This document shows positions 18,924-27,409 of a DNA stretch of 64,000 bases, piece by piece. Position 1 is the first letter of the stretch. Each line of letters opens with the position of its first letter. A program made the translations under genes and the position numbers. This DNA is from Phycisphaerales bacterium (lineage in GTDB: Bacteria > Planctomycetota > Phycisphaerae > Phycisphaerales > UBA5793), in assembly GCA_044229655.1 (NCBI GenBank), contig JBGASM010000013.1, positions 45 to 64,044 on the forward strand, written 5' to 3'. Below the pieces are notes generated by a model. That model saw only the letters and a program-made list of their open reading frames with translations, had not been told where the DNA came from and did no database searches.

Positions 18924-20853
18924 TCTCGCTCTCCACGAGGTTGCTCTTCACCGATCCATCCGGGCGCACCGCCAGCGCCTGCACCCAGATCGGGCCGGGC
19001 GCGAAATTCCGCGCCGCAATTTTCGGATTCACCGTCGCTGCGCCGCTCTCGTCCGCAATCGCCTGCCCGAAAGCCTGAATCGGAGCGGAGAGGTCCAGCG
19101 TGAGATCAATGGCCGCGACATAGGTCGGCCCCGCCCCCTTCGTCGAATACCGGAACCGCACCAGTTCCCCCGCGTCCGCCCCCGTGCAGATCAGCCGCGT
19201 CCGCGCGCCGATCACGAACGCCCCCGCGCTCAGCGCAAGTGTCTCTACGTCGCGCTTGCCGTAGAACGCGAACGCGATGCCCGTCCTGTCGCGAGCGGAG
19301 TTCGCCCCGAACGGCGCACCGATCGCCAGGTCCTCCACCCCGTCACCGTTCACATCCACGCCGCCCCCAAGGCTGAATCCTGTCTGATCCCCTCCGTTCT
19401 TTCCGTTGAGCACGAATCCACTCTCGCCGTCGAGCCCCGCCAGCGACACGCGCCCGCCCGGAACGCCAAGGCCTGCCGCCCCGCGCAGCACATAGATCGC
19501 TCCCACATCGCTCCCCTCCACCTTCGCTCCCGGCGCGCCGAACATCACGTCGCCATAAATCGTCTTGTCGATGCTCGCACCCGCGACCGACGTTCCCAGT
19601 TTGTCCCCGGCCGCGACGCCGTCGACTCTGAATCCGTTTTGCCCATTGACACTCCCCAGCGAAAACGACGCAAGTTGCGCTCCCCCATACACGACGTACG
19701 CAGATCCCCCATCCGTGCGGTTGAACGGGTCCGCCAGCGGCGCGCCGATTACCACGTCCGCCCAACCGTCGCCGTTCACGTCCCCCGCCCCGGCAACGCT
19801 TCGTCCCGCGCCTTCACCAGCTGCTGACCCCGTCAGCGCGATTCCCTGCCCCGGCGCGAGATTGGCCAGGTCGATTCGACCCGCTGCCCCCATCACCGCC
19901 GATCCGAACAACACATGCACCTTGCCCGCCCCCCCGTCCGCGCCCGCTGACCCGATCGCGATGTCATCGAAACCATCCCCATTCACGTCCCCCAATCCTG
20001 CCAGGCTGATGGCCGAAAAGTCCCGCCCCGCTGCCCCGTCAATTCGGAATCCGTTCTCGCCGTTCACACTGCTGAGCGCAAACACACCGCTCCCACCTGC
20101 TTCCGCGCCTCCGAAAACCACGAACGCGGCGCCCGCATCCGTCCTCCCTGCTGCATCAGCCTCCGGCCCGCCCACCAGGACATCCGCAAAACCGTCCCCG
20201 TTCACATCCCCCGCGCCTGCCACGGCATATCCCACCCCATATCCCGCTTCCGGGCCGTCGATTCTGAACCCGTTTGTCCCCACCAGCGAAGCGAGGTCGA
20301 TCGACCCTCCCGTCCCGATCGCCGCGCTCCCATACACCACATACGCAGACCCCGCCTCCTCCAATCCGTTCGGGTCCGCGCCTCGCGCCCCGATCACCAG
20401 ATCACCAAACCCGTCCCCATTCACATCCCCCAGCCCCGCCACGCTCAGCCCGGCCGAATCAAAACTCGCAATGCCCGGCGCCCGGAATCCGCTCTGTCCA
20501 TTGAGCCCGCCGAGATTCCGCGCCTTGGGAGCATCGCTGCTCCCGAACACTACGTAACACCGCCCCGAGTTTTCCGCGCTTGTCCCGCGATCCGATCTCG
20601 GCGACCCCACCGCGATGTCGCCGACGCCATCCCCATTCACATCCGGCAGCAGCGCCACCGTCCAACCGCAATCGTCGCCGCTGGCCACCCCCAGCATCGT
20701 GAACCCGTCGTCGCCGTTCAGCTGGCCCAACTCGATGACCGGATCAAACAACTGCCCCCGCGCCACCGGCACAGCGCCCACCGACATCATTCCCGCCGCG
20801 TACGCCAGCGCACGCCAGCCTCCCACAGCGCAGTTCACGCTTGTGTACCTCAT
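18913..20853 (-). CDS. Secreted integrin-alpha/FG-GAP repeat protein with C-terminal ~100-aa module
   Basis: Repeated GDVNGDGxxDxxIGA and GSAYVVYG units with NGxNGFRIDG spacers; signal ending ARG-Q. Confidence 0.92.
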   Translation of the reverse strand: MRYTSVNCAVGGWRALAYAAGMMSVGAVPVARGQLFDPVIELGQLNGDDGFTMLGVASGDDCGWTVALLPDVNGDGVGDIAVGSPRSDRGTSAENSGRCYVVFGSSDAPKARNLGGLNGQSGFRAPGIASFDSAGLSVAGLGDVNGDGFGDLVIGARGADPNGLEEAGSAYVVYGSAAIGTGGSIDLASLVGTNGFRIDGPEAGYGVGYAVAGAGDVNGDGFADVLVGGPEADAAGRTDAGAAFVVFGGAEAGGSGVFALSSVNGENGFRIDGAAGRDFSAISLAGLGDVNGDGFDDIAIGSAGADGGAGKVHVLFGSAVMGAAGRIDLANLAPGQGIALTGSAAGEGAGRSVAGAGDVNGDGWADVVIGAPLADPFNRTDGGSAYVVYGGAQLASFSLGSVNGQNGFRVDGVAAGDKLGTSVAGASIDKTIYGDVMFGAPGAKVEGSDVGAIYVLRGAAGLGVPGGRVSLAGLDGESGFVLNGKNGGDQTGFSLGGGVDVNGDGVEDLAIGAPFGANSARDRTGIAFAFYGKRDVETLALSAGAFVIGARTRLICTGADAGELVRFRYSTKGAGPTYVAAIDLTLDLSAPIQAFGQAIADESGAATVNPKIAARNFAPGPIWVQALAVRPDGSVKSNLVESEITN

Positions 20854-20953
20854 CTTGTACTCCTTCGCTCCGTCTCGCCGCCCCGATGTTTAAAAGTATC
20901 GCAACCCCGCGTCAATGGCTATTTCTTTTGTCGATTCGCCTCGTGTCCCCTCC

Positions 20954-21460
20954 CTAGTGCGCATCGGGGAACCGCTCAATCGACTTCATCCGCTCCAACT
21001 CCCTCCGCAGCGCACCCAGGAAACCCGCCTCGCGCGCCGTATCCGAAAACCTGCCGATCCGCACCTCCGCGCCCGTCACGCCCGCGGCCGCCGACCCCGT
21101 CACGAGCAAAGACCCCTCCTGATCTGTGTCCGTGCGCAGTGAATAGATGACCGCCAACTCCCACCGATCCGATCCCACGACCGCGATTCCCGCGCTACTG
21201 GCCGCCGCCAACACCGCCCCCTCAAGGTCCACCCACCGGCCCAGTGCCTCCCCGGCCTCCGCCTCCATCTTGCTCGATGGTTCGCCGGGCGGCGCAACTC
21301 GGTAATCGCGCTGCGCCGTCGCACATCCCCACCCCGGCATAATAATCACCAATCCGCATACCAAACAAAAAGCGAATATTGCCCCTGCTCCCTTCAGGTG
21401 CTTGCCATCCGCTGGCCCATTATCATTCTCGGTTCGCAGATGCATGCTCGGCATGAACAT
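20954..21460 (-). CDS. Hypothetical protein, possible lipoprotein
   Basis: Hydrophobic stretch ending GWGC; fills the gap divergent from phoH. Start uncertain (21460/21454/21445). Confidence 0.5.
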   Translation of the reverse strand: MFMPSMHLRTENDNGPADGKHLKGAGAIFAFCLVCGLVIIMPGWGCATAQRDYRVAPPGEPSSKMEAEAGEALGRWVDLEGAVLAAASSAGIAVVGSDRWELAVIYSLRTDTDQEGSLLVTGSAAAGVTGAEVRIGRFSDTAREAGFLGALRRELERMKSIERFPDAH

Positions 21461-21530
21461 GGTTCGGATCTCCGCACAGGACGTTGCTGACCGTGTTCTT
21501 GGTGGACTAGGCCCATCGTAGGAGTTTGGA

Positions 21531-22622
21531 TTGGCTGAACGAGTCATACTGATCCCGGCCGAAGTGGACCGCACCGCCGTCCTCGGCCCGGCCGACCGAA
21601 ATCTCAAGGTCATTCGCGAAACGCTTGGCGTCGCGCTCTCCCCGCGCGATGGCCAGGTCCTCATCCGCGGCGATCACGATGAGGTCACGCGCGCCTCCGC
21701 CGTCATGGACATGCTCATCGGCGCCAGCCGCGCACGCCGCGCCGTTTCCCGGGAGGAACTTCTTGAAGCGATCCTTGCCCAGCCCGGCGAACGCCGCCGC
21801 GCCCGCGCCGGCGATGATGACGGCTGGGGAGACCCCTCCGGCCGAGGTGAACCCGGCTGGGAAGGGCAGATGACCTCCACCTCCGCGGGCCGCACCATCA
21901 AGCCCAAAACCCCCAATCAGGAGGACTACCTCGAGGCCATCCGCACCCATGACCTCGTCCTCTCCGTCGGCCCGGCCGGCACCGGCAAGACCTATCTCGC
22001 AGTCGCTGCCGCCGTCCACATGCTTCGCTCAGGCCGCGTCAAGCGCCTCATCCTCGCCCGCCCTGCTGTCGAGGCCGGCGAACGTCTCGGATTCCTTCCC
22101 GGCGACCTGCAGCAGAAAGTCAATCCCTACCTCCGCCCGCTCCTCGATGCCCTCGAGGAGATGCTCGACTACCAGACCCTTCAGCGCTTCATGGCCAACG
22201 ACGTCATCGAGGTCATCCCCCTCGCATTCATGCGTGGCCGCACCCTCAACGACGCCGTCATCATTCTCGACGAGGCCCAGAACACCACCGCAGGCCAGAT
22301 GCTCATGTTCCTTACGCGCATGGGACGCCGCAGCAAGTGCGTCGTCACCGGCGACCCCAGCCAGGTCGACCTTCCCCCCTCCGAGCGCAGCGGCCTCCTC
22401 GACGCGCTCGAACGCCTCCGCGGAGTCCCCGGAATCGCCTTTGCCCGACTCGATGAGTCCGACATCGTTCGCCACCGCCTCGTTCAACGCATCGTCGAGG
22501 CTTATCGGACCACTGACGAGCAGAATCTGCACCTTCGACCCCCCGACCAGTCGATGGGGAAGAATCCACCGACTCCCCCTGCCTTGCCCGCTCCTGACTC
22601 GAATTCAACCTCCTCCCCATGA
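21531..22622 (+). CDS. PhoH family ATPase (YbeZ-like)
   Basis: GPAGTGKTYLA, RPAVEAGERLGFLPGD, PLAFMRGRTL, DEAQN, VTGDPSQVDL; AGGAG SD before TTG. Confidence 0.95.
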   Translation: MAERVILIPAEVDRTAVLGPADRNLKVIRETLGVALSPRDGQVLIRGDHDEVTRASAVMDMLIGASRARRAVSREELLEAILAQPGERRRARAGDDDGWGDPSGRGEPGWEGQMTSTSAGRTIKPKTPNQEDYLEAIRTHDLVLSVGPAGTGKTYLAVAAAVHMLRSGRVKRLILARPAVEAGERLGFLPGDLQQKVNPYLRPLLDALEEMLDYQTLQRFMANDVIEVIPLAFMRGRTLNDAVIILDEAQNTTAGQMLMFLTRMGRRSKCVVTGDPSQVDLPPSERSGLLDALERLRGVPGIAFARLDESDIVRHRLVQRIVEAYRTTDEQNLHLRPPDQSMGKNPPTPPALPAPDSNSTSSP

Positions 22623-24976
22623 TTCGCCGCTGGCTGCGCTCACTTTCTGAACCGGACTCCGTCGGCGTCACCCGCCGCGTTGATGTCGCGCGCCGATTCC
22701 CCCGCTCACGCTCCCGCCTCGAAACGCTCCTGCAACGCCCCGAAGCATGGTCCGGGGCTGGCATCGCGCTCCTCTTTGTCGCCCTGGTCACCGGCCTCCT
22801 TTCCTGGGCCCAGCGCCTCCCCATGCTCCACGCCGGACAGATCGCCCGCGATACTCACGTCGCCAGCGTGGACTTCGACGTCGTCGACGGACAGCGCACC
22901 GAGGAGAACCGCCAGACCGCCCGTCAGCACGCCGCCCACGTCTACCGCGAGAACGCCGCCGCCACAGCCCTCCTCCGCGATTCCCTCACCGGCTTGCCCC
23001 GTGCTGTCGCCGGCAAAACTGACATCTCGAATGTCATCCCTGAACTCGTCTCCTCCTTCGCCCTGACCAACGAACTCCTTCACGCGCTCGCCGGCTACTC
23101 CGACGCCCACGGCGAAGCCCTCGAGTCCTGGACCGGCGCCATCGATGCCCTCTTCGAAAACGGCCTGTATCGCCGCCCCATCATCGACTCCCAGCGCTTC
23201 CAGGCCGAACTCACTCAACCCGACGCCCCCATCATGCTCCTTCTGGGCGATGGACGCGCCATCGAAGTCATGCGCGCCGACCTCATCGACCTCAAGGGCC
23301 CCGGCTTTGACCGCGACATCGAACGCCTCGTCTCCTCTGCCCCTGCCGACGTCCGCCCCGCTCTTCTGGCCCGCCTGCGCGACAACCCCAGCCCCACCTT
23401 CATGTATGACGCGGCAGCCACCTCCCAGCGCCAGGAACTCGCTGCCGGCACAGTGCCCGACGAGATCGTCCGCCATCTGCGCGGCGAGGTTCTCTACCGG
23501 CGCGGAGACCGCGTCACCGTCGATCAGGTCGAACTCGCTCAGGCCGAGCGCCTGTCTTTCGCACGCGATGCCGCCCCCGCAGTCATCTGGTCACAACGCG
23601 CCGGCGCGTTCGGCCTCGCCCTGCTCCTGACCCTCTTGCTCGGCTCCTACACCTGGCTCTACTACACCCAGCTCCTACGCAAGCCCGCCCGCCTGCTGGG
23701 TTTGGCCGCCTTCGTGGCCTTCGTGCTCGCCATCACCATCGCGCTTACCGCCGCCGCGCCCCACCTCGCAGTCCCCATTGTGCTCGCCCCGGCTCTCCTT
23801 CTGGCCATCGTTGTCGGCGTCGCCTACGACCGCCGCTTTGCCGTCGGCCTCGTCTCGCTCTACGCCCTTCTCGCCTGTTACGCCCTGCGCCTCGAAATCG
23901 GATACGCCGCCCTTCTCGTCGCCGCCGCCGGCGTCAATATCTGGCAACTTCGTGAGGTGCGCGACCGCAACCGCCTCGTCCGCGCCGGCGCCATCACCGG
24001 CCTGGTCGCCGCCTCCGCAGCATTCGCGCTCGCCTTGGCCTATCGACCATTCGTCTCCGGCTGGGCCCAGGCTGCCCTCGTCGATGTCTTCGGCTCCCTG
24101 GCCGCCGGCCTCGGCGTCGGCATCTTCACCCTCGGCATCCTCTCCAGCATCGAGCGCATCTTCAACGTCACCACCGGCCTCACCCTCGTCGAGCTTCGCG
24201 ACCCACGCCATCCCCTGCTCCATGAACTTCAGCGGCTCGCCCCAGGCACCTGGAGCCACAGTCTGCAGGTCGCCAACATCGCCGAGGCCGCCGCAGAGTC
24301 CATCGGCGCTGACGGCCTGCTCACCTACGTCGGTGCCCTCTACCACGATGTCGGCAAGATGAACAAGGCCGCTTACTTCGTCGAAAACCAGGTCGACGGC
24401 TTCAACCGCCATGAGAAACTCAGTCCCGCGATGAGTCTGCTCATCATCGTCGGACACGTGAAGGACGGTCTCGAACTGGCCCGCGAGTTCCGCCTCCCGC
24501 GCCCCCTTCACCACTTCATCGAAGCCCACCACGGCACCACCCTTGTCGAGTATTTCTACAACGCCGCTCGCGAACGCGCCGAGGCCGGCGCCCCCGGGTA
24601 CGACGTTGTCGGCGAATCCGAATATCGCTATCCAGGCCCCCTCCCGCGCACCCGCGAAGCCGCGATCCTCATGCTCGCCGACGCCTGTGAGTCGACCTCC
24701 CGCACCCTCGACGAGCCCACGCCCTCCCGCCTCGAGCAACTCGTTCGCACCTTGGGCGAGCGCCGCCTTCTCGATGGCCAGTTCGATGACTGCGAACTCA
24801 CCCTCCGCGAACTGCGCCAGATTGAAGACTCCATCCTCAAGAGCCTCTGCGCGATTCACCACGCCCGCATCGCCTACCCGGGTGATGAGGAGGATGCTGC
24901 CCCGCCCGCCGCGGACCGCCCGGCCCAGCCGCCCGCTGTCGCCGCCGCCGGCGCGCAGTCACAGCGCACCGCGTGA
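22619..24976 (+). CDS. 7TM-HD (HDIG) phosphohydrolase, PgpH/YqfF-like cyclic-dinucleotide phosphodiesterase
   Basis: N-terminal TM, large extracytoplasmic domain, TM bundle, APGTWSHS, YHDVGK, YFVENQ, HHGTT, YRYPGPLP, MLADACE; ATGA overlap with phoH. Confidence 0.92.
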   Translation: MIRRWLRSLSEPDSVGVTRRVDVARRFPRSRSRLETLLQRPEAWSGAGIALLFVALVTGLLSWAQRLPMLHAGQIARDTHVASVDFDVVDGQRTEENRQTARQHAAHVYRENAAATALLRDSLTGLPRAVAGKTDISNVIPELVSSFALTNELLHALAGYSDAHGEALESWTGAIDALFENGLYRRPIIDSQRFQAELTQPDAPIMLLLGDGRAIEVMRADLIDLKGPGFDRDIERLVSSAPADVRPALLARLRDNPSPTFMYDAAATSQRQELAAGTVPDEIVRHLRGEVLYRRGDRVTVDQVELAQAERLSFARDAAPAVIWSQRAGAFGLALLLTLLLGSYTWLYYTQLLRKPARLLGLAAFVAFVLAITIALTAAAPHLAVPIVLAPALLLAIVVGVAYDRRFAVGLVSLYALLACYALRLEIGYAALLVAAAGVNIWQLREVRDRNRLVRAGAITGLVAASAAFALALAYRPFVSGWAQAALVDVFGSLAAGLGVGIFTLGILSSIERIFNVTTGLTLVELRDPRHPLLHELQRLAPGTWSHSLQVANIAEAAAESIGADGLLTYVGALYHDVGKMNKAAYFVENQVDGFNRHEKLSPAMSLLIIVGHVKDGLELAREFRLPRPLHHFIEAHHGTTLVEYFYNAARERAEAGAPGYDVVGESEYRYPGPLPRTREAAILMLADACESTSRTLDEPTPSRLEQLVRTLGERRLLDGQFDDCELTLRELRQIEDSILKSLCAIHHARIAYPGDEEDAAPPAADRPAQPPAVAAAGAQSQRTA

Positions 24977-24996
24977 AATCCGCAATCACGCGCGCC

Positions 24997-26136
24997 CTAC
25001 TGAACCAGTCGACGCACAACTCCTGAAGAACATGGCTCCGGGCAGGTCCCTGATGCCGCCGCTTGGAAGTAAATGGTCTCCATCGGCACGATCGTGGGCA
25101 CCGGACGCTCCACCACAAACGTTCCGTCGCTGTCCTCGATGACAAAAACCACCTGCCTCCGCGGGTCTCCCGGCACCTCAATACCCAGCGATGCGCAGAA
25201 TCCGAACTGACCGTTGAGCAGGCTTGACCCTTCGCTCGTCGCAGCCAGGCATGCATACCTCCGGGGCCCGCTCGGCCCGCCCGTCACCGTAAACGTCGCA
25301 CGTTGCCCTTGAATGATCGGCGACACATCCAGGCTGAAACATGTGTCCGCTCTCGGACCGTAAAACGCAATCGCTGGCCCCAGCGGATCCGGGCATCCCC
25401 CGGGATTGGTGTAGAACTTGCATCCCTGCCGTGTCAGGATCTCAGCCCCCTGCGAACCGTCGTCCGCTCCCTGTGCCCCCCAGAGCATCGGCTGGGCCGA
25501 CGTTGCCAACTGAAAATGCGCGCCGTCGTAATACTCACCCATTTCAATGGTGTGCGAGCCTTCTCCATCCGCAGGGGCCTGCAGCTCAAGCCCCAAACCG
25601 CACAGGTCCACATCGGCGTAATAGAAACCGCCGGCGCTCAGCGACCCGAAATCCAGGATCACGCCCGAGAAAGTCCCTCCCGATCCTGTGCAGTCGGAGT
25701 TGAAGTCCTCCGCGTTGAAAACCTGTAGATAGAACGGACCTCCCTGCCCCCAGTACCACGCATATTTGAACTGCGTGATCGTGTTTCCGGCTCCATCAAC
25801 CATCTTCATGTCGTTCCGCATGAACGAGTTGTTGAATCCTTCCCCGAACCAGGAATACGCCTGCTCCGTGCACCCATCATCCTCCGTGTCGAAGCAGTCG
25901 TACAGGCTGGCATACTCGCAGCCCTGCGGCTGCTCGCTGCCTTCCGATTGCACCTCCACCCAGTCTGTCAGCATTCTGCCCTGCGGATCGACCAGCGCGA
26001 TGCGCTTCGGCCTCACTCGCTCCAGCCGCTCGATCGGCGCCTCCTGCAGCGCTTGCCCTCGGGCAACTGCCGCAGGCATGGCAAGAAAACACGGCGCCGC
26101 CAACGCCACGGTCACTCCGCACATCGTCGCCTTCAT
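24997..26136 (-). CDS. Secreted hypothetical protein with C-terminal ~100-aa module
   Basis: GGAG SD; signal ending VARG-Q; acidic, aromatic, Cys-containing core; C-terminal TVTGG...IYFQAA...SSGVV. Confidence 0.75.
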   Translation of the reverse strand: MKATMCGVTVALAAPCFLAMPAAVARGQALQEAPIERLERVRPKRIALVDPQGRMLTDWVEVQSEGSEQPQGCEYASLYDCFDTEDDGCTEQAYSWFGEGFNNSFMRNDMKMVDGAGNTITQFKYAWYWGQGGPFYLQVFNAEDFNSDCTGSGGTFSGVILDFGSLSAGGFYYADVDLCGLGLELQAPADGEGSHTIEMGEYYDGAHFQLATSAQPMLWGAQGADDGSQGAEILTRQGCKFYTNPGGCPDPLGPAIAFYGPRADTCFSLDVSPIIQGQRATFTVTGGPSGPRRYACLAATSEGSSLLNGQFGFCASLGIEVPGDPRRQVVFVIEDSDGTFVVERPVPTIVPMETIYFQAAASGTCPEPCSSGVVRRLVQ

Positions 26137-26266
26137 CTCTCCGCTCCTTTGCCTGGATTTCAAATGCAACCGCGCCCATCGGCCGCGCCGCTGGAAGGTC
26201 CCGCTCCTGAGAAATCTAGGCCCGCCTGCACTCCCAGGCTAAGTCCCCTCCCCTTCGCCCCTTTCC

Positions 26267-27133
26267 TCAATCCATCGAATAGCCCAGTTTCAGCATCGAT
26301 GGCCTCAGGATCGGGTCGATTTTGGCGATCTGCTCCGCGCTCAGCCGCTTTCGCCACGCACCCACCGATGTGTCGACCACCTCTGTCTTGAGGTACTTCT
26401 CCAGTTCAGGGGTCATCTCGAGTTTCGTCAGCTTCAGAAACCGCTCGAAGTGTTCCACGGGAGTTTTCACAAGCTCCTCATATCGCGCTCCGATCCACTG
26501 ATCCATCGGCACGCAGCGCTCAATGTCAGGCGGCGCAGTCTCCACCGCCGCCACCCACTGCTTGGCGATCACCTCCACCATGTCCATCGTCTTGAGATCG
26601 TGCTCCATCCCCGGGTACATGATCCCCCAGTATTTCACCCGCTTGCGCAATCCCAACTGCATCATCACTTTGTCTGAGATGAACCGCGGCAGAAACCTCG
26701 GCCACTCCCAGATCGGCGTCTCTTTCAGGCGCCGCAGGATCCGCCTCTGCTTGGTCGGCTTCGTCCAGAATGGAATGGCCGATGACACCCCGTCCCGCCC
26801 GTCCCGCACCAGGTGAATGATGTACGCCTCCGGCAGCACCTTGCGGATGAACGGCACCTTGAGGCAATTTGCCGGCGTCTTCTCCATCACGATCTTGTTC
26901 CCGTGCGCCTCCTGGCACGACAGGAATGCCGCCCGGATCTGCTTGATGACCTTCGGCGTCGCGTGCTCCTCCGTGAATCGGTCGTGCCCCACATGCGCAT
27001 TTCCCGTTGACCACACCCCCCGCGGCTCGCGCCACACGTGGATCGCCGGGTGCTCCGCAAAGCACCGCGCCGTCATGGTGGTACCCGAACGTGCGTTGGC
27101 GACCAGGATGATCGGCGGTTTCAAAGTGGCCAT
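26267..27133 (-). CDS. Sulfotransferase family protein
   Basis: PAPS-binding ARSGTT, EKTPAN, IIHLVRDGRDGVSS, RYEELV, SVGAWR. Confidence 0.92.
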   Translation of the reverse strand: MATLKPPIILVANARSGTTMTARCFAEHPAIHVWREPRGVWSTGNAHVGHDRFTEEHATPKVIKQIRAAFLSCQEAHGNKIVMEKTPANCLKVPFIRKVLPEAYIIHLVRDGRDGVSSAIPFWTKPTKQRRILRRLKETPIWEWPRFLPRFISDKVMMQLGLRKRVKYWGIMYPGMEHDLKTMDMVEVIAKQWVAAVETAPPDIERCVPMDQWIGARYEELVKTPVEHFERFLKLTKLEMTPELEKYLKTEVVDTSVGAWRKRLSAEQIAKIDPILRPSMLKLGYSMD

Positions 27134-27409
27134 GGCGCCCTTTCCGTTGCAATTCCCACGATTCAGCCCCCGACTCAAGGGCGGAAAAGGTCAATCTTAA
27201 GGAAACGCTGCCGACCGTCAAGTTCCGCTGCCTTCCCCGCTTGCCTCTCCCTTGCCTCTCCCCCTGCAACCCCACCCCGATCCGCGACTACCATAGGGTG
27301 TCCGCGCTGCATGTGTGGCCGGACGAGACATTCGGATCGCCTCCGATGCATGCCGGCCGGGTTGAGGTCGGTTTGCGTGTTTTTGGACCCAGTTGACAAG
27401 GTTGCACCC

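Noticed and set aside
27240..27261. Tandem CTTGCCTCTCC x2
   Set aside because: Two copies of a pyrimidine-rich 11-mer on a strongly C-skewed strand; plausible by slippage or chance.
27038..27409. Extended N-termini from the ORF track (M16 protease; also amidohydrolase, MacA, sulfotransferase, PG-binding protein)
   Set aside because: Downstream starts give proper signal peptides or family N-termini and remove overlaps with divergent genes.
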